A DNA stretch of 64,000 nt from Fidelibacterota bacterium. Lineage in GTDB: Bacteria > Fidelibacterota > Marinisomatia > SCGC-AAA003-L08 > JACNLC01. This document shows positions 29,797 through 38,730 of the stretch, in pieces. The stretch covers positions 744-64,743 of the forward strand of contig JACNLC010000052.1 of the NCBI GenBank assembly GCA_014381725.1, given 5' to 3'. Each line of letters starts with the position of its first letter. Within the stretch, counting starts at the first letter, position 1. The notes under the pieces are model-generated. The model searched no databases. It had not been told where the DNA came from and saw only the letters and a list, made by a program, of their open reading frames with translations. A program made the translations under genes and the position numbers.

Positions 29797-30975
29797 CTAC
29801 CATACCCCTTGTATTAGTCTAAACTCTCCAAATCCGTTATCCTTAAATATGAATTGACGATTATCAGGATATGTCCAAATTTGATAAATAGCAGTGCTAC
29901 TTCTGCGGGTTGTTTCTACATTGTCTGGTTGACCGTGTACAATAAATATTCTTCCTCTGTCAGTTCTCCAACCAGTTCCAAATGTTGAGAAATGCTGATT
30001 TGCTTCTTCTACACGATTATAGAATTCTTCCATTAACTCGTTTTTATCTGTATCAGGAGATGGATCTTTCTTTTTCCAATAATCAACAATGAATAATTTT
30101 TGCTCCATTTTGCTTAATTTTTCTAATTTTTTAAATTCTACATCGGATAAAATTAGAGCAATAATTCCAACAGCTTCATCAATGTCTATCAGAAATTTGT
30201 CCATACCATGGCGTTTAATGAAAACTGATATTTCCTTTACACTTTCCATCAATTTTAACTGGATTTTCAGTTTCCCACTCCAATTATTTTCTAATGGTAT
30301 TGGAAGTAAACAAAATTCTTCTAATTTAATATCAGAAATTTTGAGTGAATCAAATAGTAATTCTTCTTCACCAAACATAACTGAATAAGACAAATTTTCA
30401 TCAATTAATTCTTCAGAGATTTGGAACTTGCAAAAGAGAGTATCAATATCATCTTGGAACCTAGGTCCAACAAAACGTAGTGAATCATTTTGTTTAGTCA
30501 ATGGAATAACATCACTCATTATTTCAAATTGTTGAACTAAGATATTCTGATTAACATTCCATTGATGTCGGCTATCGGTATCTTGAACATTTAGTGATAA
30601 ACGATACTCGCCCTCTGGTTGACAAAATGTTGTAAAAGTGCTGATAGTTTTTTTTCTATTCCGTGTATCATCATAAAATTCCTCTTCGACATTCTCATTC
30701 CAACTATAATTATATACTTGCAAATTTGAGTTTAAATCAGTTACAGTTAGAGAAAGTTCAATTTCGGCAAAGAAACGATCTTGTTTTTTTGTGAATACTA
30801 AATAATCATACGGAATAAAAGCATAAAGTGAAATATCAAATTCATCCTGTGATTCATTAATCAATGTGTGAGAATACAACTTAATTTTAGATCGTTCTTC
30901 ATTCTTCTTAAAACTAAAAGGAATGCTACAGCTCCACAAAAGAACTAAAATAATTATGAAATATCTAATTTTCAT
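29797..30975 (-). CDS. GWxTD domain-containing lipoprotein (function unknown)
   Basis: Lipoprotein-like signal (ILVLLWSC). C-terminal FSTFGTGWRTDRGRIFIVHGQPD matches the GWxTD signature. Confidence 0.7.
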   Translation of the reverse strand: MKIRYFIIILVLLWSCSIPFSFKKNEERSKIKLYSHTLINESQDEFDISLYAFIPYDYLVFTKKQDRFFAEIELSLTVTDLNSNLQVYNYSWNENVEEEFYDDTRNRKKTISTFTTFCQPEGEYRLSLNVQDTDSRHQWNVNQNILVQQFEIMSDVIPLTKQNDSLRFVGPRFQDDIDTLFCKFQISEELIDENLSYSVMFGEEELLFDSLKISDIKLEEFCLLPIPLENNWSGKLKIQLKLMESVKEISVFIKRHGMDKFLIDIDEAVGIIALILSDVEFKKLEKLSKMEQKLFIVDYWKKKDPSPDTDKNELMEEFYNRVEEANQHFSTFGTGWRTDRGRIFIVHGQPDNVETTRRSSTAIYQIWTYPDNRQFIFKDNGFGEFRLIQGVW

Positions 30976-32596
30976 TTTGATGATATCTACTCCAATTGTA
31001 GAAAGCTATTCCATTGTTCGTGCCAAACCAAACCCAGTCTTCATCGCAATCTATTGTATAAATCTTTTGTCCGGGTATTCCATCCTCGTTTGTGTAAACC
31101 CATTCTCCTCCAGTTTTCAAGTTCAGTAATAGAACTTCATCAATCGAACTTATCCATACGAAATCCCCAGATAATGCAAAATCAACAACTTTATTGTGTA
31201 AAAGCTGGATTTTATCTTGTGGATTTATCTTCCACAATTGTCTATCAGAAGCAAGAACAATGTCTTCCTCTACTTTAACTTGTCTAATAAATTTATCTGA
31301 GAGAAATTCCCATTTTGATTTGGTTAAATCTTCTCGATATAAACCACCTTCTGATGCTATATACAAAAATCCACCTGAAATTTCTAAATCATATATTTCT
31401 AAATCACGAAATAATTGAAACCTATCCTCTTCGAGTGAAACGACAACATTCCCAATTGTAGAAAATTCGTTTATTCCACGAGCTGTAGCAATATAAATTG
31501 AATTTTCAATTTGCACCATATCCCAAACAGAACTATCTAATAACCCTCGGCGAACATGAACATTTTGCCATTCCCTTTTTCTTATATCCAAAATCAACAA
31601 ACCATCCATCGTTCCAATATAAAGGAAATCTCCAGAACGAAAAAAACAATTAACATTTGTGTTTTGGATACTAACGGACTCATCTGAATAATAATATTTC
31701 CACTCGTTTTCATCTTCAATCCATTGAGTCAAAAACATATTGTGATTATCAATAACTGCACCTTTTCTACGATATTCGCTATCAGCAAACCACCATTCTC
31801 CATTATTCTTGTCTTCAAATATTTCCGTAATAAATTTTTGCCCTGGTCCAATACTAACCATAGTGAATCTATTAGAATAATAAGGTTTCTTTAAAATGTC
31901 ACCAAAGATTGTACCAAACCACTCATTTCCTTCTGAATCAATCATTGAAACAGTTACTTGATGATTATCAAATCGTCTTTTGGAAAACATATTCTCTTGC
32001 GATTGATTTTCCAAAAATCCAATATCTCTAGAATTTTCTCCACTTTGACCAAATCTTGAGTAACCCCAATTAATCATATTTACATCAATCATTTCATCTT
32101 CTTCTAGATACTTAATCTCTCCAGTAAATGGATCAACTGGAACGATATATGAAGAAGTTTTAATATAAACATAATCACCATTACTACCGATATCTTCAAC
32201 ATCCAATGGATGGATAGTATTAAAATTTGTATCGTGTATTTCGTTCCATCGTGTTGCTAATGATGATTTGTAATTGATACCATCTTTATGTACAATCCAA
32301 AAGAAATCTGTGTAAGAATCATAATAATAATGGTAAATCTTCTTAGATGGTAAATATCTAGATGAAACATGATCATATACAATTTCTTTTGTTGTTCTGT
32401 CATACTCGTAAATACCATTATCCGAAGCAAAATAAATTTTGAATGGAGTTTCTGCAATTGCATTAATTGTGCCGGGATGAGATAGAATATACCAATCATC
32501 TTCTTGATAAATATAATTTTGAGAATACGTAATTGTGAGTAATAGACTTATGTACATAACTAAACTACAATTCCTAAATAAATGCAAGAAATTCAT
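30965..32596 (-). CDS. Secreted beta-propeller-like protein (Reg_prop-like repeats), function unknown
   Basis: Signal peptide, then recurring blade-like motifs: YIGTMDGLLILD, YIATARGINEF, YIASEGGLYRED, WFGTNNGIAFYNW. 11-nt overlap with the downstream GWxTD gene. Confidence 0.45.
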   Translation of the reverse strand: MNFLHLFRNCSLVMYISLLLTITYSQNYIYQEDDWYILSHPGTINAIAETPFKIYFASDNGIYEYDRTTKEIVYDHVSSRYLPSKKIYHYYYDSYTDFFWIVHKDGINYKSSLATRWNEIHDTNFNTIHPLDVEDIGSNGDYVYIKTSSYIVPVDPFTGEIKYLEEDEMIDVNMINWGYSRFGQSGENSRDIGFLENQSQENMFSKRRFDNHQVTVSMIDSEGNEWFGTIFGDILKKPYYSNRFTMVSIGPGQKFITEIFEDKNNGEWWFADSEYRRKGAVIDNHNMFLTQWIEDENEWKYYYSDESVSIQNTNVNCFFRSGDFLYIGTMDGLLILDIRKREWQNVHVRRGLLDSSVWDMVQIENSIYIATARGINEFSTIGNVVVSLEEDRFQLFRDLEIYDLEISGGFLYIASEGGLYREDLTKSKWEFLSDKFIRQVKVEEDIVLASDRQLWKINPQDKIQLLHNKVVDFALSGDFVWISSIDEVLLLNLKTGGEWVYTNEDGIPGQKIYTIDCDEDWVWFGTNNGIAFYNWSRYHQNEN

Positions 32597-32603
32597 ACTT
32601 AAC

Positions 32604-34130
32604 CTAATTGAAATTCTTTTTTTTAAGTAAACTCTTGCCAGTCATTGCTTGGGGTTGCTTTAGATTAAAATAATCTAAAATTGTCGGAGCGATATCGGCT
32701 AATTTTCCGTCTCCTCTTAATGCAATATCAGTTTTTGGTGAATCAACAATAAATGGAACTGGAAATAATGTATGAGCTGTATATGGTTCACCAGTTTCGG
32801 GATTTGACATCATTTCTAAATTCCCATGATCTGATGTTAAAAATATAGTCGCATCCTTTAGTTTCGCTTGTTCAATGACCAACGCTAGACATTCATCAAC
32901 AACTTCGATTGCTTTGATTCCAGCAGGCAGAATGCCAGTATGTCCGACCATATCAGGATTGGCGTAATTCAAAATAATGGTTTCAAATTTATCTGATTTA
33001 ATGGCATCTATCACTTTTTCAGTAACTTCATAAGCACTCATTTCTGGTTGTAAATCGTAAGTTGCTACTTTGGGAGATGGAATCATTATCCGTTCTTCTC
33101 CTGGGAATATATGTTCATCACCTCCATTCAAAAAATATGTAACATGTGCATACTTTTCAGTCTCAGCGATTCTGAGTTGACGATATCCTTCTTTAGATAA
33201 AACTTCCGGAAAAATATCAGCCAATTTCACAGGAGGAAATAGCACTGGAAATTTAAATGAATCTTGATATTCGGTCATGCTTACATATTGAATTTCTATA
33301 TTTTTTGTTTTAAATTCATTAAAATCTGTTTCAGTAAAAGCTGTAGATATTTCTCTCATTCTATCTGCACGAAAGTTGAGGGCTAAAACACCATCGCCGT
33401 TATTAATGTTCTTGAATTTTCCAATTATTTTTGGAGTAATGAATTCATCTGTAATACTATCTTGATAGGAATTTTCAATAGCTGATATCGGATTATCAAA
33501 TCTATCTCCTTCACCAAACACCATTAACCGATACCCTCTTTCAACACGATCCCATCTTGTATCTCTATCCATTGTGAAATATCGTCCGCAGATTGAAGCA
33601 ATTTCCCCAATTCTGATTTCATCAAGATAATTTTGCAAATCTTTGATATAGTTTTTTCCACTATTTGGAGGTGTATCTCTTCCATCCATTATTGCGTGAA
33701 TGGATACATCTTTTAGTCCAAAGTCTTTTGCTGCTTTTATAATATATTTCAAATGGTCAATATGACTATGAACTCCTCCATCACTTATCAAGCCCATTAA
33801 ATGTAGAGTAGATTTTTGATTTTTGATTTTGGTAAATAGGTTAACTAATACCGGATTGTTTCGAAGAATATCTTGTTTGATATCATCATTTATTCTAACC
33901 AAATCTTGTTTGACGATTCTTCCTGCACCAATGTTTGTATGCCCAACTTCAGAATTACCCATAACTCCATTTGGCAAACCAACTGCATTGCCAGATGTTT
34001 CTAGAAGAACCATCGGTTTACTAGATATTAGCTCGTCCAAATTTGGTGTGTTAGCTAAAGCATAAGCATTGGATTTTTTTTCATCTCGTATTCCAAAGCC
34101 ATCGAGAATTATTAGGATAAATTTAAGCAC
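32604..34130 (-). CDS. gpmI: 2,3-bisphosphoglycerate-independent phosphoglycerate mutase
   Basis: LIILDGFGIRD, GNSEVGHTNIGAGR, SDGGVHSH, TSDHGN. GTG start. Confidence 0.92.
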   Translation of the reverse strand: MLKFILIILDGFGIRDEKKSNAYALANTPNLDELISSKPMVLLETSGNAVGLPNGVMGNSEVGHTNIGAGRIVKQDLVRINDDIKQDILRNNPVLVNLFTKIKNQKSTLHLMGLISDGGVHSHIDHLKYIIKAAKDFGLKDVSIHAIMDGRDTPPNSGKNYIKDLQNYLDEIRIGEIASICGRYFTMDRDTRWDRVERGYRLMVFGEGDRFDNPISAIENSYQDSITDEFITPKIIGKFKNINNGDGVLALNFRADRMREISTAFTETDFNEFKTKNIEIQYVSMTEYQDSFKFPVLFPPVKLADIFPEVLSKEGYRQLRIAETEKYAHVTYFLNGGDEHIFPGEERIMIPSPKVATYDLQPEMSAYEVTEKVIDAIKSDKFETIILNYANPDMVGHTGILPAGIKAIEVVDECLALVIEQAKLKDATIFLTSDHGNLEMMSNPETGEPYTAHTLFPVPFIVDSPKTDIALRGDGKLADIAPTILDYFNLKQPQAMTGKSLLKKKNFN

Positions 34131-34236
34131 TTAATCTAATATCCTTCTTTTTGTTGACTTAAATTTATAACATTTTTGAGTTTATATTGATTGTTAAATC
34201 AAATTTATGAATGGATTCTGACTTTATGACCTTCAC

Positions 34237-34268
34237 AACGAAAACGCCCACCTGAAAAACGTTGGCGG
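34237..34268 (-). terminator. Probable intrinsic terminator after the OFOR-buk-ptb-567aa operon
   Basis: Minus strand reads CCGCCAAC-GTTTTTCA-GGTGGGCG followed by TTTTCGTT. The stem is imperfect (one mismatch). About 95 nt downstream of the stop at 34361. Confidence 0.45.
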
Positions 34269-34319
34269 ACAAGCCGAAGTTACGAACTTGTTTTATTTCG
34301 TTTGTTCGTTGTTTATTTT

Positions 34320-34354
34320 TTCCAACTATTCAACATCTAACATCCAATATCCAA
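34320..34354. repeat. Five tandem heptads (plus strand TTCCAAC TATTCAA CATCTAA CATCCAA TATCCAA)
   Basis: Read directly from the sequence. It starts 7 nt after the stop codon of the 567-aa gene. On the transcript strand it reads TTGGATA TTGGATG TTAGATG TTGAATA GTTGGAA. Confidence 0.5.
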
Positions 34355-34360
34355 CCTAGT

Positions 34361-36064
34361 TTACCTCTTAATTCTAAGTCCTTCATCTTCAAATATGAAT
34401 ATCCACGATGCTAGTTTGCCAATATCGATTGGTTCGTCAATTTTCCAGTATTTAGTACCGTGGTGAAAACGAGAGCTGGAATCTTCAACAGGTAATCCAT
34501 TTACATAATTCACAATATCAGAAATCCTAGATTTCCATAATTCCATATTGCTTTCACGGAGGTCTATCCAACCTGCATTTGCCCAATTGTTAAATTGGTT
34601 TGAGTTATACTTGATTTGGTTCTTATCCAACTGCACAGGGATTTTAACTGATGGACCTCGAAGTAGATTCTTTCCGTTATTTAACAAAATCGGTATCCCA
34701 ATAGAAATCGCTTCAACTCTTAATTTGTTGTTCTCCAATACTTCCTTTTGAAGCAATTCTGATAATTCTGCATCAGATTTCTCATTAACATCGTTAATGG
34801 TTCCACAAACATTTTTCAACAATTGTGCTTCGTAAAGGAGTTTAGATAATCTAGGAGGTCCAAGAATCTCGAATGCTACGCTTTCCACATTATTTTCTGT
34901 TTCTAGCCGTTTCATTTCTTCAATAGCATCATGTCGCATATAACCAGCACGATAGGTTGGCCCCATCACTGCATTATCTAGTGCATTAACAATATCAGAG
35001 CCAGTATTACCTCCAATGAGTTCTAAAATCACATTATCTGCAATTTCTTCTGGAGTTACAAACTCCATTTGTCCAGCAGTTGTTATTGCTTCAAATTCTC
35101 CCCTAGAAAAGATTCCATTCTCGCCTGTATCAATGTAAATTGATTTTAGCGTATCATTTTTTGATTCCCATTTTCCGTGTCCATTAAACGAAAATTGTCC
35201 GCTTAATTCTTCAGAATTTTCTGCTTTACAATCGAATAACTCTACTGGTCGCCCATGCTTTTTGATTTCACCATAATTGATTGCTTTCCACGCAATTGCG
35301 GCAGCTGGTTTAATTTCCTTCACAATAGGGCCGTCAGGAGTTCTGCCTGCCAAAAATAATAATAGAGTATGAGCACCAGCAAGTGAAGTTTTACTCAGTA
35401 AAACACGCGATGGTTTCTCTTCACTATGTGTGTATGGAATATTGAGTCCCATTCCACCAGTGCCCGTTGTCCCAATTTTAAGATAAACATTGGTTTTATT
35501 TTGCATCATACTAGCGTGCAAAATCTGAATATGCCGAATAATTTGTGGAATGTATAAAGTCGATAGCATTTTCTCAACTTCTACTCCAAGTTCATCTGTT
35601 AATTTGCTAGAATCTTGTGCTTTTTTTAACTCTTTCTTTAGATTGTAATATCCAGTATAAATATCTTGATAAGCTAATCCTGTAGCAGAATTTACTGAGT
35701 CAATAATAATATGTGGTTTATGTTTGTTCAATAAGTAGTTAATTGAAGATGATGTAAGTTTTTCATCATCTAATCCTTCCATTACATCTTCGAGTATCTG
35801 TTTGCGATAAATCGGATTATTTAAGATTTCATCACGAGGTAAATCTTTTAGACTTCTTCGAACAAAAATATTTCCCCACTCTGGAGTAAATGTAACTTCA
35901 GGAGCTTCTTGTGATAGTTGTAAACAAGCATCTTTTGCTTCATTTTCTTTCAACGAAATTACAATAATTTCTTTAGGTTTATATTCTGATAACCGACGGA
36001 TGACAGCCATTCCAACGAGTCCCCACCCACCTAATATTAATATGCGTTTTCCTTTAATATCCAT
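34361..36064 (-). CDS. Uncharacterised 567-aa protein with N-terminal Rossmann NAD(P)-binding fold
   Basis: GKRILILGGWGLVGMAVIRRL at residues 5-25 (GxxGxxG-like), then 500+ aa that I cannot assign to a known family. Last gene of the OFOR-buk-ptb operon. Confidence 0.4.
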   Translation of the reverse strand: MDIKGKRILILGGWGLVGMAVIRRLSEYKPKEIIVISLKENEAKDACLQLSQEAPEVTFTPEWGNIFVRRSLKDLPRDEILNNPIYRKQILEDVMEGLDDEKLTSSSINYLLNKHKPHIIIDSVNSATGLAYQDIYTGYYNLKKELKKAQDSSKLTDELGVEVEKMLSTLYIPQIIRHIQILHASMMQNKTNVYLKIGTTGTGGMGLNIPYTHSEEKPSRVLLSKTSLAGAHTLLLFLAGRTPDGPIVKEIKPAAAIAWKAINYGEIKKHGRPVELFDCKAENSEELSGQFSFNGHGKWESKNDTLKSIYIDTGENGIFSRGEFEAITTAGQMEFVTPEEIADNVILELIGGNTGSDIVNALDNAVMGPTYRAGYMRHDAIEEMKRLETENNVESVAFEILGPPRLSKLLYEAQLLKNVCGTINDVNEKSDAELSELLQKEVLENNKLRVEAISIGIPILLNNGKNLLRGPSVKIPVQLDKNQIKYNSNQFNNWANAGWIDLRESNMELWKSRISDIVNYVNGLPVEDSSSRFHHGTKYWKIDEPIDIGKLASWIFIFEDEGLRIKR

Positions 36065-36144
36065 TTTTATTTCCTTTCTTTAAGCTCAAAGCAATTAGCA
36101 AAGAGCATATAGTTAAAATCTTTTACAACAATTCAATTCTACTT

Positions 36145-36975
36145 CTATCCAACATTTGCGCAAATTCCTAACGCTATTGAGTTCAATCTCGCTTCCATTG
36201 TGTCCGAACGAGATAGAAGAATAACTGGTGATTTTGCTCCAAGTATAATTCCACCACCTTGCACTTCACCCAGTCCCATTAACGATTTTACAACAAAATT
36301 AGTAGTAGTAATATTCGGACCAATAAAAATATCCGTTTTGCCTGCAATTTTAGAGTGAATACCTTTTCTTTCTGCGGCTTTTTGAGAAATCGCAACATCC
36401 AAGGCAACTGGTCCTTCAATTGTGATAGATTTATCATTTTTATACCGCTTAACTGTTTCATCCGCAATTATTGTTTCTGGTATTTTTGGATTAACTTTTT
36501 CTATCAAAGATAATATAGCAATATGAGGGTGAGTAATTCCCAAAATATTCGCTAAATCTACTGCATTTTGAATAACAGAATCCAAAATTTGTGGAGTTAA
36601 TATCGGATTTACACCACCATCGGTCATCAGCATCAATCTATCGTATGAAGTCGGTTTGACAACCGCAATGTGAGATAATCTTCTATTGGTTCGAATTCCA
36701 AATTCAGGATTTAAAACAGCTTTAAGTATTGTGGCTGTATCAACATCACCTTTCATCAAAAGTTGGACTTTCTTCTCACTAATCGCTTGGACTGCTAAAT
36801 TGGCTGCTTGAATGTCGTTGTCATCTTCGAAAATTACTGGTGGCGTAATCCAACCAAGTTTTTCAGCTTCTTTAAGTGCGGAAAATATGTAATCCTGTTT
36901 CGGATTAACCACGCCAATTGAAATTGGTTCAATCAAAGAAATATGTTGATATAATTCTTCAAATGATCGAATCAT
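36145..36975 (-). CDS. ptb: Phosphate butyryl/acyl-transferase (PTA_PTB family)
   Basis: Size and pattern are typical of Ptb (GVVNP...ALKEA...; MKGDVDT; LMTDGGVNP; ILSRSD). 4-nt overlap with buk. Confidence 0.8.
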   Translation of the reverse strand: MIRSFEELYQHISLIEPISIGVVNPKQDYIFSALKEAEKLGWITPPVIFEDDNDIQAANLAVQAISEKKVQLLMKGDVDTATILKAVLNPEFGIRTNRRLSHIAVVKPTSYDRLMLMTDGGVNPILTPQILDSVIQNAVDLANILGITHPHIAILSLIEKVNPKIPETIIADETVKRYKNDKSITIEGPVALDVAISQKAAERKGIHSKIAGKTDIFIGPNITTTNFVVKSLMGLGEVQGGGIILGAKSPVILLSRSDTMEARLNSIALGICANVG

Positions 36976-38015
36976 ACATAATCCTTTGCTGTTTCAGTTT
37001 CTGATAGCACACGCATTGCTCCTCTAGCTAATGCTTCTAGTTCAAACGACCCGGGAAACACAAAGTACTTCTCGATAAATTTTAGATATTGCAATAAATT
37101 ATCTTTAAATTGTTCAGATTTAACTAAAGCACCTGTCAAAATCAAAGCATCAACATCACCTTGTAATGCGGTGTATTGACTGCCAATTTCTTTGGCAATT
37201 TGATAAATCATAGCTTTGTAGATGAGTCGAGTCTCTTCATCATTAGGAAGTTGGTCTTCTACCTCGCGTAAATCTTTAGTATTCAGATATCCCATAAATC
37301 CACTTTTATGAGATAATAAATCTGCAATTTCCTGTCTTGATAACTGCTTATCGAATACTAACTCCATCAATCCTGAAATTGGCATTGCACCGGCTCTTTC
37401 TATAGAAAAGGGTCCCATTCCAAACAACGCATCGTTTACATCCAGTATTTTACCACCAACTACTGAAGCAACTGAAATACCGCTACCCAAATGGGCTACA
37501 ACAAACCGACTTTTTGCCAAATCCACTTGTAATTTTTTAACAGATTTCCGAACACAATGCTTAATGTTAAGTGCGTGGCTTCGACTCTTGCGTTCAATCC
37601 CAGGAACGCCTGAAACTCTTGCTTTATCAACCATTTCATCAGTAGTTACCGGGTCAACTATAAATGAAGGAAGATTCTTCTCTATTGCAAAACGATGTGC
37701 TAAAATAGCTCCCAAATTTGACGCGTGGTTGGAATATTTACAACTTCTGTAATCATCTAACATTGTTTCAGATATCTTGTAAACACCACCTTCCAGCGGT
37801 TTAAGTGGACCACCACGACCAACAACTGCATCTATTTTTTCGATTGATGAAATTAGTGGTTTGATTATGTTGAATCGCGATTCTTCTTGTTCGGAAAGAT
37901 TAGATGATAGCGGTTTTTGGGTATGGTCAATTTCCTTACGCCAGATTTCTCTTGAGTTCTCAAAATATCCAATTTCGGTCGTTACAGACCCGGGATTAAT
38001 TACTAGAAAAAAGAA
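36972..38015 (-). CDS. buk: Butyrate (branched-chain acyl) kinase; start codon unresolved
   Basis: ASKHA acetate/butyrate kinase. The track ORF (36972-37763) lacks the N-terminus. The same frame stays open upstream and encodes ...FFFLVINPGSVTTEIGYFEN... (the phosphate-1 motif LVINPGS). There is no in-frame ATG/GTG/TTG between that motif and the upstream stop at 38037-38039. See findings. Confidence 0.8.
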   Translation of the reverse strand, partial: FFFLVINPGSVTTEIGYFENSREIWRKEIDHTQKPLSSNLSEQEESRFNIIKPLISSIEKIDAVVGRGGPLKPLEGGVYKISETMLDDYRSCKYSNHASNLGAILAHRFAIEKNLPSFIVDPVTTDEMVDKARVSGVPGIERKSRSHALNIKHCVRKSVKKLQVDLAKSRFVVAHLGSGISVASVVGGKILDVNDALFGMGPFSIERAGAMPISGLMELVFDKQLSRQEIADLLSHKSGFMGYLNTKDLREVEDQLPNDEETRLIYKAMIYQIAKEIGSQYTALQGDVDALILTGALVKSEQFKDNLLQYLKFIEKYFVFPGSFELEALARGAMRVLSETETAKDYV

Positions 38016-38184
38016 TCCAAACCCTCCTATTATGATTTATGAACAAAGAACATCGAGTAAAGAATCTTGATATTATTTTACTTATCAAATCCAAAATCGT
38101 TAGTCCTTGCTCGATATTCATTTTATCCATCATTCTTAACTCACATCTTACAGATTGTAAGTCAAGTTCGATTTAGTTTTTTAC

Positions 38185-38730
38185 TTATACAAACTCGCCA
38201 ACGAGTTCTGCTCCCTTGAGCAGAGCTTTTTCGTTGAGTGGAATTAAATGATGGTGTCTTTCTGGAAGAACTTTTTTAAGTGCTTCCAAAATTGATTCAT
38301 TTTTTACTACAGAATTTAAAGCTAAAAACGCTCCCAAAATAATCATATTCATAGTTTTAGGATTATTCAATTTATTCGCTTCAACAACAGCTGGAATTTT
38401 ATAAGTTGATATATCATCCCGAGTTGAAGGATTCATAATATTGTTCGCTTCATATAAAATGTGACCACCAGGTTTTACCGCTGATTCAAATTTATCCATC
38501 GAAGGTTGATTCAAAATAATTGCAGTATCAAACTGATTGATTATTGGAGAACTAACTCTATCATCTGAAACTACAACAATACAATTCGCAGTTCCACCAC
38601 GCATTTCTGGTCCATAGCTTGGCATCCAAACGACTTCTTTATCTTCAACCATTCCGGCGTAAGCGAGTGTCATCCCCATTGACAAAACTCCTTGTCCGCC
38701 AAATCCTGCGATAATGAGTTCTTTATTCAT
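38185..38730 (-). CDS. 2-oxoacid:ferredoxin oxidoreductase, gamma subunit
   Basis: IAGFGGQGVLSMG...SYGPEMRGGTANC, typical of the OFOR gamma domain. 181 aa. Confidence 0.88.
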   Translation of the reverse strand: MNKELIIAGFGGQGVLSMGMTLAYAGMVEDKEVVWMPSYGPEMRGGTANCIVVVSDDRVSSPIINQFDTAIILNQPSMDKFESAVKPGGHILYEANNIMNPSTRDDISTYKIPAVVEANKLNNPKTMNMIILGAFLALNSVVKNESILEALKKVLPERHHHLIPLNEKALLKGAELVGEFV

